Source: Eledone cirrhosa
Taxonomy: Eukaryota
Direction of reading: 5' to 3'
DNA length: 64,000 nt
NCBI GenBank assembly: GCA_964016885.1
Contig: OZ024743.1
Coordinates: 131,688,001-131,752,000, forward strand
This document shows positions 1 through 12,000 of this stretch, in pieces. Below the pieces are notes generated by a model. It was not told the origin of the DNA and searched no databases. It saw only the letters and a program-made list of their open reading frames with translations. The position numbers and the translations under genes are program-made. The stretch's first letter is position 1, and each line of letters begins with the position of its first letter.

Positions 1-3000
1 ACCAAGCACCAAGCACCAAACACAAACACCAAGCACCAAGCACCAAATCCCAAGCACCAAACACAAAACACCAAGCACCAAGCACCAAACACCAAACACC
101 AAGCACCAACCACCAAACACCAAATACCAAGCACCAAGCACCAGGCACCAAGCACCAAACACCAAGCACCAAGCACCAAGCACCAAACACCAAGCACCAA
201 ACACCAAGCACCAGACACCAAGCACCAAGCACCAAACACCAAACAGCAAACACCAAACACCAAACAGCAAACACCAAACAGCAAACACCAAACACCAAAC
301 ACCAACCAGCAAACACCAAGCACCAAGCACTAAACAGCAAACACCAAGCACCAAGCACCAAGCACCAAACACCAAGCACCAAGCACCAAGCACCAAACAC
401 CAAGCACCAAGCACCAACCACCAAGCAGCAAGCACCAAGCACCAAGCACCAAACACCAAGCACCAAGCACCAAACACCAAACACCAAGCACCAATCACCA
501 AACACCAAACACCAAGCACCAAGCACCAAACACCAAGCACCAAGCACCAAAGAGAAAAAAACCAAGCACCAAGCATCAAACACCAAACACCAAACACCAC
601 ACAGCAAACAGCAAACAGCAAACACCAAACAGCAAACACCAAATAGCAAACACCAAACAGCAAACACCAAACACCAAACAGCAAACACTAAACACCAAAC
701 ACCAAGCACCAAGCACCAAGCACCAAACAACAAGCACCAAGCACCAAGCACCAAGCACCAAACACCAAACACCAATCGCCAAACACCAAACACCAAGCAT
801 CAAGCACCAAACACCAAACACCAAGCACCAAGCACCAAGCACCAAGCACCAAACACCAAGCACCAAGCACCAATCACCAAACACCAAACACCAGGCACCA
901 AACACCAAACAGCAAACACCAATCACCAAACACCAAACACCAAACAGCAAACACCAATCACCAAACAACAAACACCAAACACCAAACAGTAAACACCAAA
1001 CACCAAACAGCAAACACCAAACACCAAACAGCAAACACCAAACACCAAACACCAAACACCAAACACCAAACAAACAGCAAACAGCAAACACCAAACAGCA
1101 AACAGCAAACACCAAACACCAAACAACAAACGCCAAACAGCAAATGCCAGCCACCAGATGCCTAACAGCAAACGCCAAACACCAAACGCCAAACAGCAAA
1201 CACCAAACACCAAACAGCAAACACCAAACACCAAACACCAAATAGCAAACACCAAACAGCAAACACCAAACAACAAACACCAAACAGCAAACACCAAACA
1301 GCAAACAGCAAACACCAAACACCAAACACCAAGCACCAAGCACCAAACACCAAGCACCAATCAACAAGCACCAATCACCAAGCACCAAGCACTAAACACC
1401 AAACACCAAGCACCAAGCACCAAGCACCAAACACCAAGCACAAAGCACCAAGCACCAAACGCCAAGCAACAAGCACCAAACACCAAGCACCAAGCACCAA
1501 GCACCAAACACCAAGCACCAAAGACCAAGCACCAAATACCAAGCACCAAGCACCAAACACCAATCACCAAGCACCAAGCACCAAACACAAACACCAAGCA
1601 CCAAGTACCAAACTCCAAACACCAAACACCAAACACCAAGCATGAAGCACCAAGCACCAAATACCAAACACCAAACACCAAGCACCACATCAAACACCAA
1701 GCACCAAGCACCAATCGCCAAGCACCAAGCACCAAGCAACAAACACAACGCACCAAACACCAAGCACCAAGCACCAAGCACCAAACACCAAGCACCAAGC
1801 ACCCAACACCAAACACCAATCACCAAGCACCAAAGAGCAAACACCAAGCCCCAAGCACCAAACACCCAACACCAAACACCAAACATCAAACACCAATCAC
1901 GAATCACCAAACAGCAAACAGCAAACACCAAACACCAAACACCAAGCACCAAGCACCAAACACCAAACACCAAGCACTAAGCACCAAACACCAAATACCA
2001 AGCACCAAGCACTAAACACGAAACACCAAGCACCAAGCACCAAGCACCAAGCACCAAACACCAAGCACCAAACACCAAGCACCAAACACCAAGCACCAAG
2101 CACCAAGCACCAGACACCAAGCACCAAGCACCAAACACCAAGCACCAAACACCAAGCACCAAGCACCAAACACCAAACATCAAGCACCAAGCACCAAACA
2201 CCAAACACCAAGCACCAAGCACCAAGCACCAAGCACCAAACACAAAGCACCAAGCACCAAACAGCAAACACCAAGCACCAAACACCAAACACCAAGTACC
2301 AAGCACCAAACACCAAACACCAAGCACCAAACACCAAGCACCAAGCCCCAAGCACCAAACACCAAGCACCAAGCACCAAACACCAAGCACCAAGCACCAA
2401 GCACCATACACCAAACACCAAGCACCAAGCACCAAACAGCAAACACCAAACAGCAAACACCAAACACCAAACACCAACCGGCAAACACCAAACACCAAAC
2501 ACCAAACAGCAAACACCAAACAGCAAACGCCAAACAGCAAATGCCAAACCCCAAACGCCAAACAGCAAACGCCAAGCGCCAAACACCAAACACCAAGCGC
2601 CAAGCACCAAACACCAAACACCAAGCACCAAGCACCAAGTACCAAACACCAAGCACCAATCACCAAACACCAAGCACCAAGTGCCAAACACCAAACACCA
2701 AACACCTAGCACCAAGTACCAAGCACCAAACACCAAGCACCAAACACCAGGCACCAAGCACCAAGCACCAAACACCAAGCACCAAACACCAAGCACCAGA
2801 CACCAAGCACCAAGCTCCAAGCACCAAGCACCAAAAACCAAGCACCAAGCTCCAAGCACCAAACACCAAGCACCAAACACCAAACACCAAGCACCAAGTA
2901 CCAAACACCAAGCACCAAGCGCCAAACACCAAACACCTAGCACCAAGCACCAAATACCAAGCACCAAGCACCAAGCACCAAACACCAAACACCAAACACC

Positions 3001-5279
3001 AAACTCCAAACACCAAGCACCAAGCACCAAACACCAAACACCAAGCACCAAGCACCAAACACCAAACACCAAGCACCAAGCACCAAACACCAAATACCAA
3101 GCACCAAACACCAAGCACCAAGCACCAAGCACCAAACACCAAGCACCAATCACCAAACACCAAACACCAGGCACCAAACACCAAACAGCAAACACCAATC
3201 ACCAAACACCAAACACCAAACAGCAAACACCAAACAGCAAACACCAAACACCAAACACCAACCAGCAAATACCAAACACCAAACACCAAACGCCAAACAT
3301 TAAACGCCAAACACCAAACGCCAAACAGCAAACACCAAACACCAAATGCCAACCAGCAAGCACCAAGCACCAAACACCAAGCACCAAGCACCAAACACCA
3401 AACACCAAGCACCAAGCACCAAACACCAAACACCAAGCACCAAGCACCAAGCACCAAACACCAAACACCAAACACCAAACAGCAAACACCAAACAGCAAA
3501 CACCAAACAGCAAACACCAAATAGCAAACACCAAACAGCAAACAGCAAACACAAAACACCAAACACCAAGCACCAAGCACCAAACACCAAGCACCAAGCA
3601 ACAAGCACCAATCACCAAGCACCAAGCACTAAACACCAAACACCTAGGACCAAGCACCAAGCAGCAAACACCAAGCACCATGCACCAAGCACCAAACACC
3701 AAGCACCAAAGACCAAGCACCAAATACCAAGCACCAAGCACCAAACACCAATCACCAAGTACCAAGCACCAAGTCCCAAGCACCAAACACCAAGCACCAA
3801 TCACCAAACACCAAACACCAAGCACCAAGCACCAAACACCAAAAATCAAGCACCAAGCACCAAGCACCAAACACCACACGCCAAACACAAAATACCAAGC
3901 ACCAAGCACCAAACACCAAGCACCAAGCGCCAAAGACCAAACACCAAAAACCAAGCACAAAACACCAAGCACCAAGCACCGAGCACCAAACACCAAGTAC
4001 CAAGCACCAATCACCAAACACCAAGCACCAAGCACCAAACACCAAACACCAAGCACCAAGCACCAAGCACCAAGCATCAAGCACCAAGCACCAAACACCA
4101 AGCACCAAGCACCAAGCACCAAACACAAAACAACAAGTACCAAGCACCAAACACTTAACACCAAACACCAAGCACCAAGCACCAAACACCAAACACCAAG
4201 CACCAAGCACCAGACACCAAGCACCAAGCACCAAGCACCAGACACTAAGCACCAAGCACCAAACACCAAGCACCAAACACCAAGCACCAAGCACCAAACA
4301 CCAAACACCAAGCACCAAGCACTAAACACCAAACACCAAGCACTAAGCACCAAGCACCAAGCACCAAGCACCAAGCACCAAGCACCAAACACAAAGCACC
4401 AAGCACCAAACAGCAAACACCAAGCACCAAACACTCAACCCCAAGCACCAAGCACCAAGCACAAAACACCAAGCACCAAACACCAAGCACCAAGCCCCAA
4501 GCACCAAACACCAAGCACCAAGCACCAAACACCAAGCACCAAGCACCAAGCACCATACACCAAACACCAAGCACCAAGCACCAAACAGCAAACACCAAAC
4601 AGCAAACACCAAACACCAAACACCAACCAGCAAACACCAAACACCAAACACCAAACAGCAAACACCAAACAGCAAACACCAAACAGCAAACACCAAACAG
4701 CAAACGCCAAAAAGCAAACGCCAAACCCCAAACGCCAAACAGCAAATGCCAAACCCCAAACGCCAAACAGCAAACGCCAAGCGCCAAACACCAAACACCA
4801 AGCGCCAAGCACCAAACACCAAACACCAAGCACCAAACACCAAGTACCAAACACCAAACACCAAGCACCAAACACCAAACAGCAAACACCAAAAAGCAAA
4901 CACCAAGCCCCATACGCCAAACAGCAAATGCCAAACCCCAAACGCCAAACAGCAAACGCCAATCACCAAACACCAAACACCAAGCGACAAGCACCAAACA
5001 CCAAACACCAAGCACCAAGCACCAAACACCAAACACCAAGCACCAATCACCAAACACCAAGCACCAAGCGCCAAACACTAAACACCAAACACCTAGCACC
5101 AAGCACCAAGCACCAAACACCAAGCACCAAACACCAAGCACCAAGCACCAAGCACCAAACACCAAGCACCAAACACCAAGCACCAGACACCAAGCACCAA
5201 GCACCAAGCACCAAGCACCAAAAACCAAGCACCAAGCTCCAAGCACCAAACGCCAAGCACCAAACACCAAGCACCAAGT
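1..5279 (-). repeat. 7-bp satellite array, C/A-rich orientation (CACCAA[G/A])n, about 750 monomers; runs off the left edge of the window
   Basis: Seen directly: continuous caccaag/caccaaa units with minor variants (cagcaaa, cgccaaa, caccaat, taccaag, cactaaa). It is the reverse complement of the consensus of the rest of the window. Confidence 0.99.
2100..5279 (-). repeat. Diverged segmental duplication within the left arm (about 2100-2900 copied at about 4250-5279, with an internal 182-bp expansion)
   Basis: Ordered rare markers recur: aagcccc 2345/4494 and ccatac 2407/4556 (offset 2149 = 307x7); atgccaaacccc 2541/4746/4928; cctag 2707/5094 (offset 2387 = 341x7); ccaagta 2899/5279 (offset 2380 = 340x7). 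Confidence 0.85.
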
Positions 5280-5287
5280 ATTTGGTG
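5272..5287. other. Strand-polarity switch (inversion junction) of the satellite; centre of a spacer-less imperfect palindrome
   Basis: 5272-5287 reads CACCAAGTATTTGGTG. The dyad axis lies between T5279 and A5280, CACCAA/TTGGTG pair perfectly, and G5278/T5281 is a mismatch. Base composition flips from C/A-rich to G/T-rich at this point. Confidence 0.98.
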
Positions 5288-5929
5288 TTTGCTGTTTGGT
5301 GTTTGGTGTTTGGTGTTTGGTGCTTGGTGTTTGGTGCCTGGTGCTTGGTGCTTGGTGTTTGGTGTTTGGTGTTTGGTGCTTGGTGCCTGGTGCTTGTTGT
5401 TTGGTGTTTGGTACTTGGTGCTTGGTGTCTGGTGTTTGGTGCTTGGTGTCTGGTGTTTGGTGCTTGGTGTTTGGTGTTTGGTGCTTGGTGCTTGGTGTTG
5501 GTGTTTGGTGTTTGGTGCTTGGTGCTTGGTGTTTTGTGTTTGGTGCTTAGTGCTTGGTGTTTGGTGTTTGGTGCTTGGTGTTTGGTGTTTGGTGTTTGAT
5601 GCTTGGTTTTTGCTGCTTGGTGCTTGGTGCTTGGTGCTTGGTGTTCTGTGTTTGGTGCTTGATGCTTGGTGCCTGGTGCTTGGTGCTTGGTGCTTGTTGT
5701 TTGGTGCTTGGTGCTTGGTGATTAGTGTTTGGTGCTTGGTGCTTGGTGTTTGGTGTTTGGTGTTTCGTGCTTGGTGTCTAGTGTTTGGGTTTTGGTGTTT
5801 GGTGCTTGGTGCTTGGTGTTTGGTGTTTGGTGCTTGGTGCTTGGTGTTTGGTGATTGGTGCTTGGTGTTTGGTGCTTGGTGCTTTGTGCTTGGTGCTTGG
5901 TGCTTGGTGTTTGGTGTTTGGTGCTTGGT

Positions 5930-8900
5930 ACTTGGTGTTTGGTGTGTGATGCTTGGTGTTTGATGCTTGTTGCTTGGTGCTTGGTGTTTTGTGTTTGGTG
6001 TTTGGTGCTTGGTGTATGTACTTGGTGCTTGGTGCTTGGTGTTTGGTGCTTGGTTCTTGGTGTTTGGTGCTTGGTGCTTGGTGCTTGGTGTTTGGTGCTT
6101 GGTGCTTGGTGTTTGGTGCTTGGTGTTTGGTGTTTGGTGCTTGGTGTTTGGTGCTTGGTGCTTGGTGCTTGGTGTTAAGTGTTTGGTGCTTGGTGCTTGG
6201 TGTTTGGTGCTTCGTGCTTGGTGCTTGGTGTTTGGTGCATGGTGCTTGGTGTTTGGGGCTTGGTGCCTGGTGCTTTGTGTTTGGTGCTAGGTGCTTGGTG
6301 CTTGGTCTTTGGTGTTTGGTGCTTGGTGCTTGGTGTTTGGTGCTAGGTGTTTGGTGCTTGGTGTTCGGTGCTTGGTGCTTGGTGCTTGGTGCTTGGTGTT
6401 AGGTGTTTGGTGCTTGGTGCTTGGTGTTTGATGTTTGGTCCTTGGTGCTTGGTGTTTGGTGTTTGGTGCTTGCTGCTTGCTGCTTGGTGTTTGGTGCTTG
6501 GTGATTGGTGCTTGGTGTTTGGTGCTTGGTGCTTGGTGTTTGGTGTTTCGTGCTATGTGCTTGGTGCTTGGTGCTTGGTGTTTGGTGCTTGGTGCTTGGT
6601 GTTTGGTGTTTGGTGCTTGATGCTTGGGGCCTGGTGTTTGGTGCTTGGTGCTTGGTGCTTGGTGTTTGGTGCTTGGTGCTTGGTGCTTGGTGTTTGGTGT
6701 TTGGTGTTTGGTGCTTGGTGTTTTGTGCTTGGTGCTTGTTGCTGGGTGGTTGGTGTTTGGTGCTTGGTGCTTGGTGTTTGGTGCTTGGTGCTTGGTGCTT
6801 ATTGTTTGGTGATTGGTGCTTGGTGCTTGGTGCTTGGTGTTTGGTGTTTGGTGTTTGGTGTTTGGTGCTTGGTGCTTGGTGCTTGGTGTTTGGTGCTTGG
6901 TGTTTGGTGCTTGGTGCTTGGTGCTTGGTTATTAGTGTTTGGTGCTTGGTGCTTGGGGTTTGGTGTTTGGTGCTTGGTGTTTGGTGTTTGGTGTTTGCTG
7001 TATGGTGTTTGCTGTTTCGTGTTTGGTGTTTGCTGTTTGGTGTTTAATGCTTGGTGCTTGGTGCTTGGTGTTTGGTGCTTGGTGTTTGGCGTTTGGCGTT
7101 TGCTGTTTGCTGTTTGGTGTTTGGTGCTTACTGTTTGGTGCTTGGTGCTTGGTGCTGGTTGGTTGGTGTTTGGTGCTTGGTGCTTGGTGTTTGGTGCTTG
7201 GTGCTTGGTGCTTGTTGTTTGGTGCTTGGTGTTTGGTGTTTGGTGCTTGGTGCTTGGTGTTTGGTGGTTGGTGCTTGGTGATTAGTGTTTGGTGCTTGAT
7301 GCTTGGGGTTTGGTGTTTTGTGCTTAGTGCTTGGTGTTTGGTGTTTGCTGTTTGGTGTCTGCTTTTTGGTATTTGGTGTTTGCTGTATGGTGTTTGCTGT
7401 TTCGTATTTGGTGTTTGCTGTTTGGTGTTTGGTGTTTGGTGTTTGGTGCTTGGTGTTTGGTGCTTGGTGCTTGGTGTTTGGCGTTTGGTGCTTGGTGCTT
7501 GGTGTTTGGTGCTTGGTGCTTGGTGTTTGGTGTTTGGTGCTTGGTATTTGGTGTTTGGTGCTTGGTACTTGGTGTTTGGTCTGTGAAGCTTGGTGATTGA
7601 TGCTTGTTGCTTGGTGCTTGGTGTTTGCTGTTTGGTGTTTGGTGCTTGGTGTATGTACTTGGTGCTTGGTGCTTGGTGTTTGGTGCTTGGTTCTTGGTGT
7701 TTGGTGCTTGGTGCTTGGTGCTTGGTGTTTGGTGCTTGGTGCTTGGTGTTTGGTGCTTGGTGTTTGGTGTTTGGTGCTTGGTGTTTGGTGCTTGGTACCT
7801 GTTGCTTGGTGTTAAGTGTTTGGTGCTTGGTGCTTGGTGTTTGGTGCTTCGTGCTTGGTGCTTGGTGTTTGGTGCATGGTGCTTGGTGTTTGGGGCTTGG
7901 TGCCTGGTGCTTTGTGTTTGGTGCTAGGTGTTTGGTGCTTGGTCTTTGGTGTTTGGTGCTTGGTGCTTGGTGTTTGGTGCTAGGTGTTTGGTGCTTGGTG
8001 TTCGGTGCTTGGTGCTTGGTGCTTGGTGCTTGGTGTTAGGTGTTTGGTGCTTGGTGCTTGGTGTTTGATGTTTGGTCCTTGGTGCTTGGTGTTTGGTGTT
8101 TGGTGCTTGGTGCTTGGTGTTTCGTGTTTGGTGCTTGCTGCTTGCTGCTTGGTGTTTGGTGCTTGATGATTGGTGCTTGGTGCTTGGTGCTTGGTGCTTG
8201 GTGTTTGGTGCTTGGTGCTTGGTGTTTGGTGTTTGGTGCTTGGTACTTGGGGCTTGGTGTTTGGTGCTTGGTGTTTGGTGCTTGGTGTTTGGTGCTTGGT
8301 GCTTGGTGCTTGGTGTTTGGTGTTTGGTGTTTGGTGCTTGGTGTTTTGTGCTTGGTGCTTGTTGCTGGGTGGTTGGTGTTTGGTGCTTGTTGCTTGGTGT
8401 TTGGTGCTTGGTGCTTGGTGCTTATTGTTTGGTGATTGGTGCTTGGTGCTTGGTGCTTGGTGTTTGGTGCTTGGTGCTTGGTGCTTGGTGTTTGGTGCTT
8501 GGTGCTTGGTGCTTGGTTATTAGTGTTTGGTGCTTGGTGCTTGGGGTTTGGTGTTTGGTGCTTGGTGTTTGGTGTTTGGTGTTTGCTGTATGGTGTTTGC
8601 TGTTTCGTGTTTGGTGTTTGCTGTTTGGTGTTTAATGCTTGGTGCTTGGTGCTTGGTGTTTGGTGCTTGGTGCTTGGTGTTTGGAGTTTGCTGTTTGCTG
8701 TTTGGTGTTTGGTGCTTGCTGTTTGGTGCTTGGTGCTTGGTGCTGGTTGGTTGGTGTTTTGTGCTTGGTGCTTGGTGTTTGGTGCTTGGTGCTTGGTGCT
8801 TGTTGTTTGGTGCTTGGTGCTTGGTCTTTGGTGCTTGGTGTTTGGTGTTTGGTGCTTGGTGCTTGGTGCTTGGTGTTTGGTGCTTGGTGCTTGGTGCTTG

Positions 8901-9070
8901 GTGTTTGGTGGTTGGTGCTTGGTGATTAGTGTTTGGTGCTTGATGCTTGGGGTTTGGTGTTTTGTGCTTAGTGCTTGGTGTTTAGTGTTTGCTGCTTGGT
9001 GTCTGCAGTTTGGTATTTGGTGTTTGCTGTAAGGTGTTTGCTGTTTCGTATTTGGTGTTTGCTGTTTGGT
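5930..9070 (+). repeat. About 1.6-kb tandem higher-order duplication (offset 1637, shrinking to 1588 distally)
   Basis: ATGTAC marker at 6016/7653; near-identical ORF-track pairs 5953/7590, 5967/7604 and 6347/7984 (offset 1637); ggttattagtg at 6931/8519 (offset 1588). Confidence 0.85.
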
Positions 9071-12000
9071 GTTTAGTGTTTGGTGTTTGGTGTTTGGTGC
9101 TTGGTGCTTGGTGCTTGGTGTTTAGTGTTTGGTGTTTGGTGCTTGGTGTTTGGTGCTTGGTGCTTGGTGCTGGGTGGTTGGTGTTTGGTGCTTGGTGCTT
9201 GGTGCTTGGTGTTTGGTGCTTGGTGCTTGGTGCTTGTTGTTTGGTGCTTGGTGCTTGGTGCTTGGTCTTTGGTGCTTGGAGTTTGGTGGTTGGTGCTTGG
9301 TGCTTGGTGTTTGGTGTTTGGTATTTGCTGTTCGGTGTTTGCTGTTTGGTGTCTGCTTTTTGGTGTTTGGTGTTTGCTGTATGGTGTTTGCTGTTTCGTA
9401 TTTGGTTTATGCTGTTTGGTGTTTGGTGTTTGTTGTTTGATGCTGTGTGCTTGGTGTTTGGTGTTTGGTGCTTTGTGCTTGGTGCTTGGTGTTTGGCATT
9501 TGGTGCTTGGTGCTTGGTGTTTGGTGCTTGGTGCTTGGTGCTTGGTGTTTGGTGTTTGGTGCTTGGTGCCTGGTGCTTGTTGTTTGGTGTTTGGTGCTTA
9601 GTGCTTGGTGTTTGGTGTTTGGTGCTTGGTGCTTGGTGGCTGGTGGTTGGTGCTTGGTGTTTGGTGTTTGGTGTTTGGTGCTTGGTGCTTGGTGCCTGGT
9701 GTTTGGTGCCTGGTGCTTGGTGCTTGTTGTTTGGTATTTGGTGCTTGGTGTTTGGTGTTTGGTACTTGGTGCTTGGTGCTTGGTGCTTGGTGTTTGGTCC
9801 TTGGTGCTTGGTGCTTGGTCTTTGCTGCTTGGGGTTTGGTGTTTGGTGCTTGGTGCTTGGTGTTTGGTGCCTGGTGCTTGGTGCTTGGTGTTTGGTGTTT
9901 AATGCTTGGTGCTTGGTGCCTGGTGTTTGGTACTTGGTGCTTGGTGCTTGGTGTTTGGCATTTGCTGTTTGCTGTTTGGTGTTTGGTGCTTGCTGTTTGG
10001 TGTTTGGTGTTTGGTGTTTGGTGTTTGGTGCTTGCTGTTTGGTGTTTGGTGCTTGGTGCTTGGTGATTAGTGTTTGGTGCATGGTCCTTGGTGTTTGTTG
10101 TTTGGTGTTTGGTGCTTGGTGTTTGGTGCTTGGTGCTTGCTGTTTGGTGGTTGGTGCTTGGTGTTTGGTGTTTGGTGTTTGGTGCTTGGTGCTTGGTGTT
10201 TGGTCCTTGGTGCTTGGTGCTTGGTCTTTGCTGCTTGGGGTTTGGTGTTTGGTGCTTGGTGCTTGGTGCTTGGTGTTTGGTGCTTGGTGCTTGGTGCTTG
10301 GTGTTTGGTGTTTGGTGCTTGCTGCTTGGTGCTTGGTGCTTGGTGTTTGGTGATTGGTGCTTGGTGCTTGGTGTTTGGCGTTTGCTGTTTGCTGTTTGGT
10401 GTTTGGTGTTTGCTGTTTGGTGTTTGCTGTTTGGTGTTTGGTGCTTGGTGCTTGGTTGCTGGTGTTTGGTGCTTGGTGTTTGGATTTTGGTGCTTGGTGC
10501 TTGGTGCCTGGTGTTTCGTGCTTGGTGCTTGGTGCTTGGTGTTTGGTGTTTGGTGCTTGGTGTTTGGTGTTTGGTACTTGGTGCTTGGTGCTTGGTGCTT
10601 GGTGTTTGGTGCTTGGTGCTTGGTGATTGGTGTTTGATGCTGCGTGTCTTGGTGTTTGGTGTTTGGTGCTTGGTGCTTGGTGTTTGGTGTTTGGAGCTTG
10701 GTGCCTGGTGCTTGTTGTTTGGTGCCTGGTGCTTGTTTTTTGGTGTTTGGTGTTTGGTGCTTGGTGTTTGGTGCTTGGTGCTTGGTGCTTGGTGTTTGGT
10801 GCTTAGTGCTTGGTGTTTGGTGCTTGGTGCTTGGTGTTTGGTGCTTGGTGCTTGGTGGTTGGTGCTTGGTGTTAGGTGTTTGGTGTTTGGTGCTTGGTGT
10901 TTGATGTTTGGTCCCTGGTGCTTGGTGTTTGGTGTTTGGTGCTTGGTGCTTGGTGTTTGGTGTTTGGTGCTTGCTGCTTGGTGCTTGGTGTTTTGTGTTT
11001 GGAGTTTGGTGTTGGTGTTTGGTGCTTCGGTCTTGGTGCTTGGTGTTTGGTGCTTGGTGCTTGGTGTTTGGTGCTTGGTGCCTGGTGCTTGGTGTTTGGT
11101 GCTTGGTGCTTGGTGTTTGGTGATTGGTGCTTGGTGTTTGGTGCTTGGTGCTTGGTGCTTGGTGCTTGGTGTTAGGTGTTTGGTGCTTGGTGCTTGGTGT
11201 TTGATGTTTGGTGCTTGGTGCTTGGTGTTTGGTGTTTGGTGCTTGGTGCTTGGTGTTTGGTGTTTGGTGCTTGCTGCTTGCTGCTTGGTGTTTGGTGCTT
11301 GGTGATTGGTGCTTGGTGTTTTGTGCTTGGTGCTTGGTGTTTGGTGTTTGGTGCTAGGGGCTTGGTGCTTGGTGCTTGGTGTTTGGTGCTTGGTGCTTGC
11401 TGTTTGGTGTTTGGTGCTTGGTGCGTTGGACTTAGTGTTTGGTGTTTGGTGCTTGGTGTTTGGTGCTTGGTGTTTGGGGCTTGGTGTTCGGTGCTTGGTG
11501 CTTGGTGCTTGGGGGTTGGTGTTTGGTGTTTGGTGCTTGGTGCTTGGTGTTTGATGTTGGGTCCTTGGTGCTTGGTGTTTGGTGTTTGGTGCTTGGTGCT
11601 TGATGTTTGGTGTTTGGTGCTTGGTGCTTGGAGGCTTGGTGTTTGGTGCTTGGTGCTTGGTGTTTGGTGTTTGGTGCTTGGTGCTTGGGGCTTGGTGTCT
11701 GGTGCTTGGTGCTTGGTGCTTGGTGTTTAGTGTTTGGTGTTTGGTGCTTGGTGTTTGGTGCTTGGTGCTTGGTGCTGGGTGGTTGGTGTTTGGTGCTTGG
11801 TGCTTGGTGTTTGGTGCTTGGTGCTTGGTGCTTGTTGTTTGGTGCTTGGTGCTTGGTGCTTGGTCTTTGGTGCTTGGAGTTTGGTGGTTGGTGCTTGGTG
11901 CTTGGTGTTTGGTGTTTGGTGTTTGGTGTTTGCTGTTTGCTGTTTGGTGTTTGGTGCTTGGTGCTTGGTGGCTGGTGTTTGGTGCTTGGTGTTTGGATTT

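Noticed and set aside
5272-5287. Telomere-telomere fusion site
   Set aside because: End-to-end fusions read G-rich then C-rich on one strand. Here the order is C-rich then G-rich, the opposite polarity, and the unit is not a telomere repeat I recognise.
2681-5599. 972-aa ORF resembling a mucin-like stalk with a hydrophobic C-terminal anchor
   Set aside because: The polar-to-hydrophobic switch is simply the reading frame crossing the inversion junction at 5279/5280. There is no signal peptide or non-repeat sequence.
7579-7600. Apparent non-repeat insert (ggtctgtgaagcttggtgattg)
   Set aside because: It parses as in-register substituted monomers (ttggtct gtgaagc ttggtga) and aligns with its paralogue at about 5941-5963, so it is not foreign DNA.
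1-10560. Fold-back or chimeric read, or MDA inversion artefact
   Set aside because: Variant monomers on the two sides are not mirror images. A mis-join of two different array segments remains possible and needs read support.
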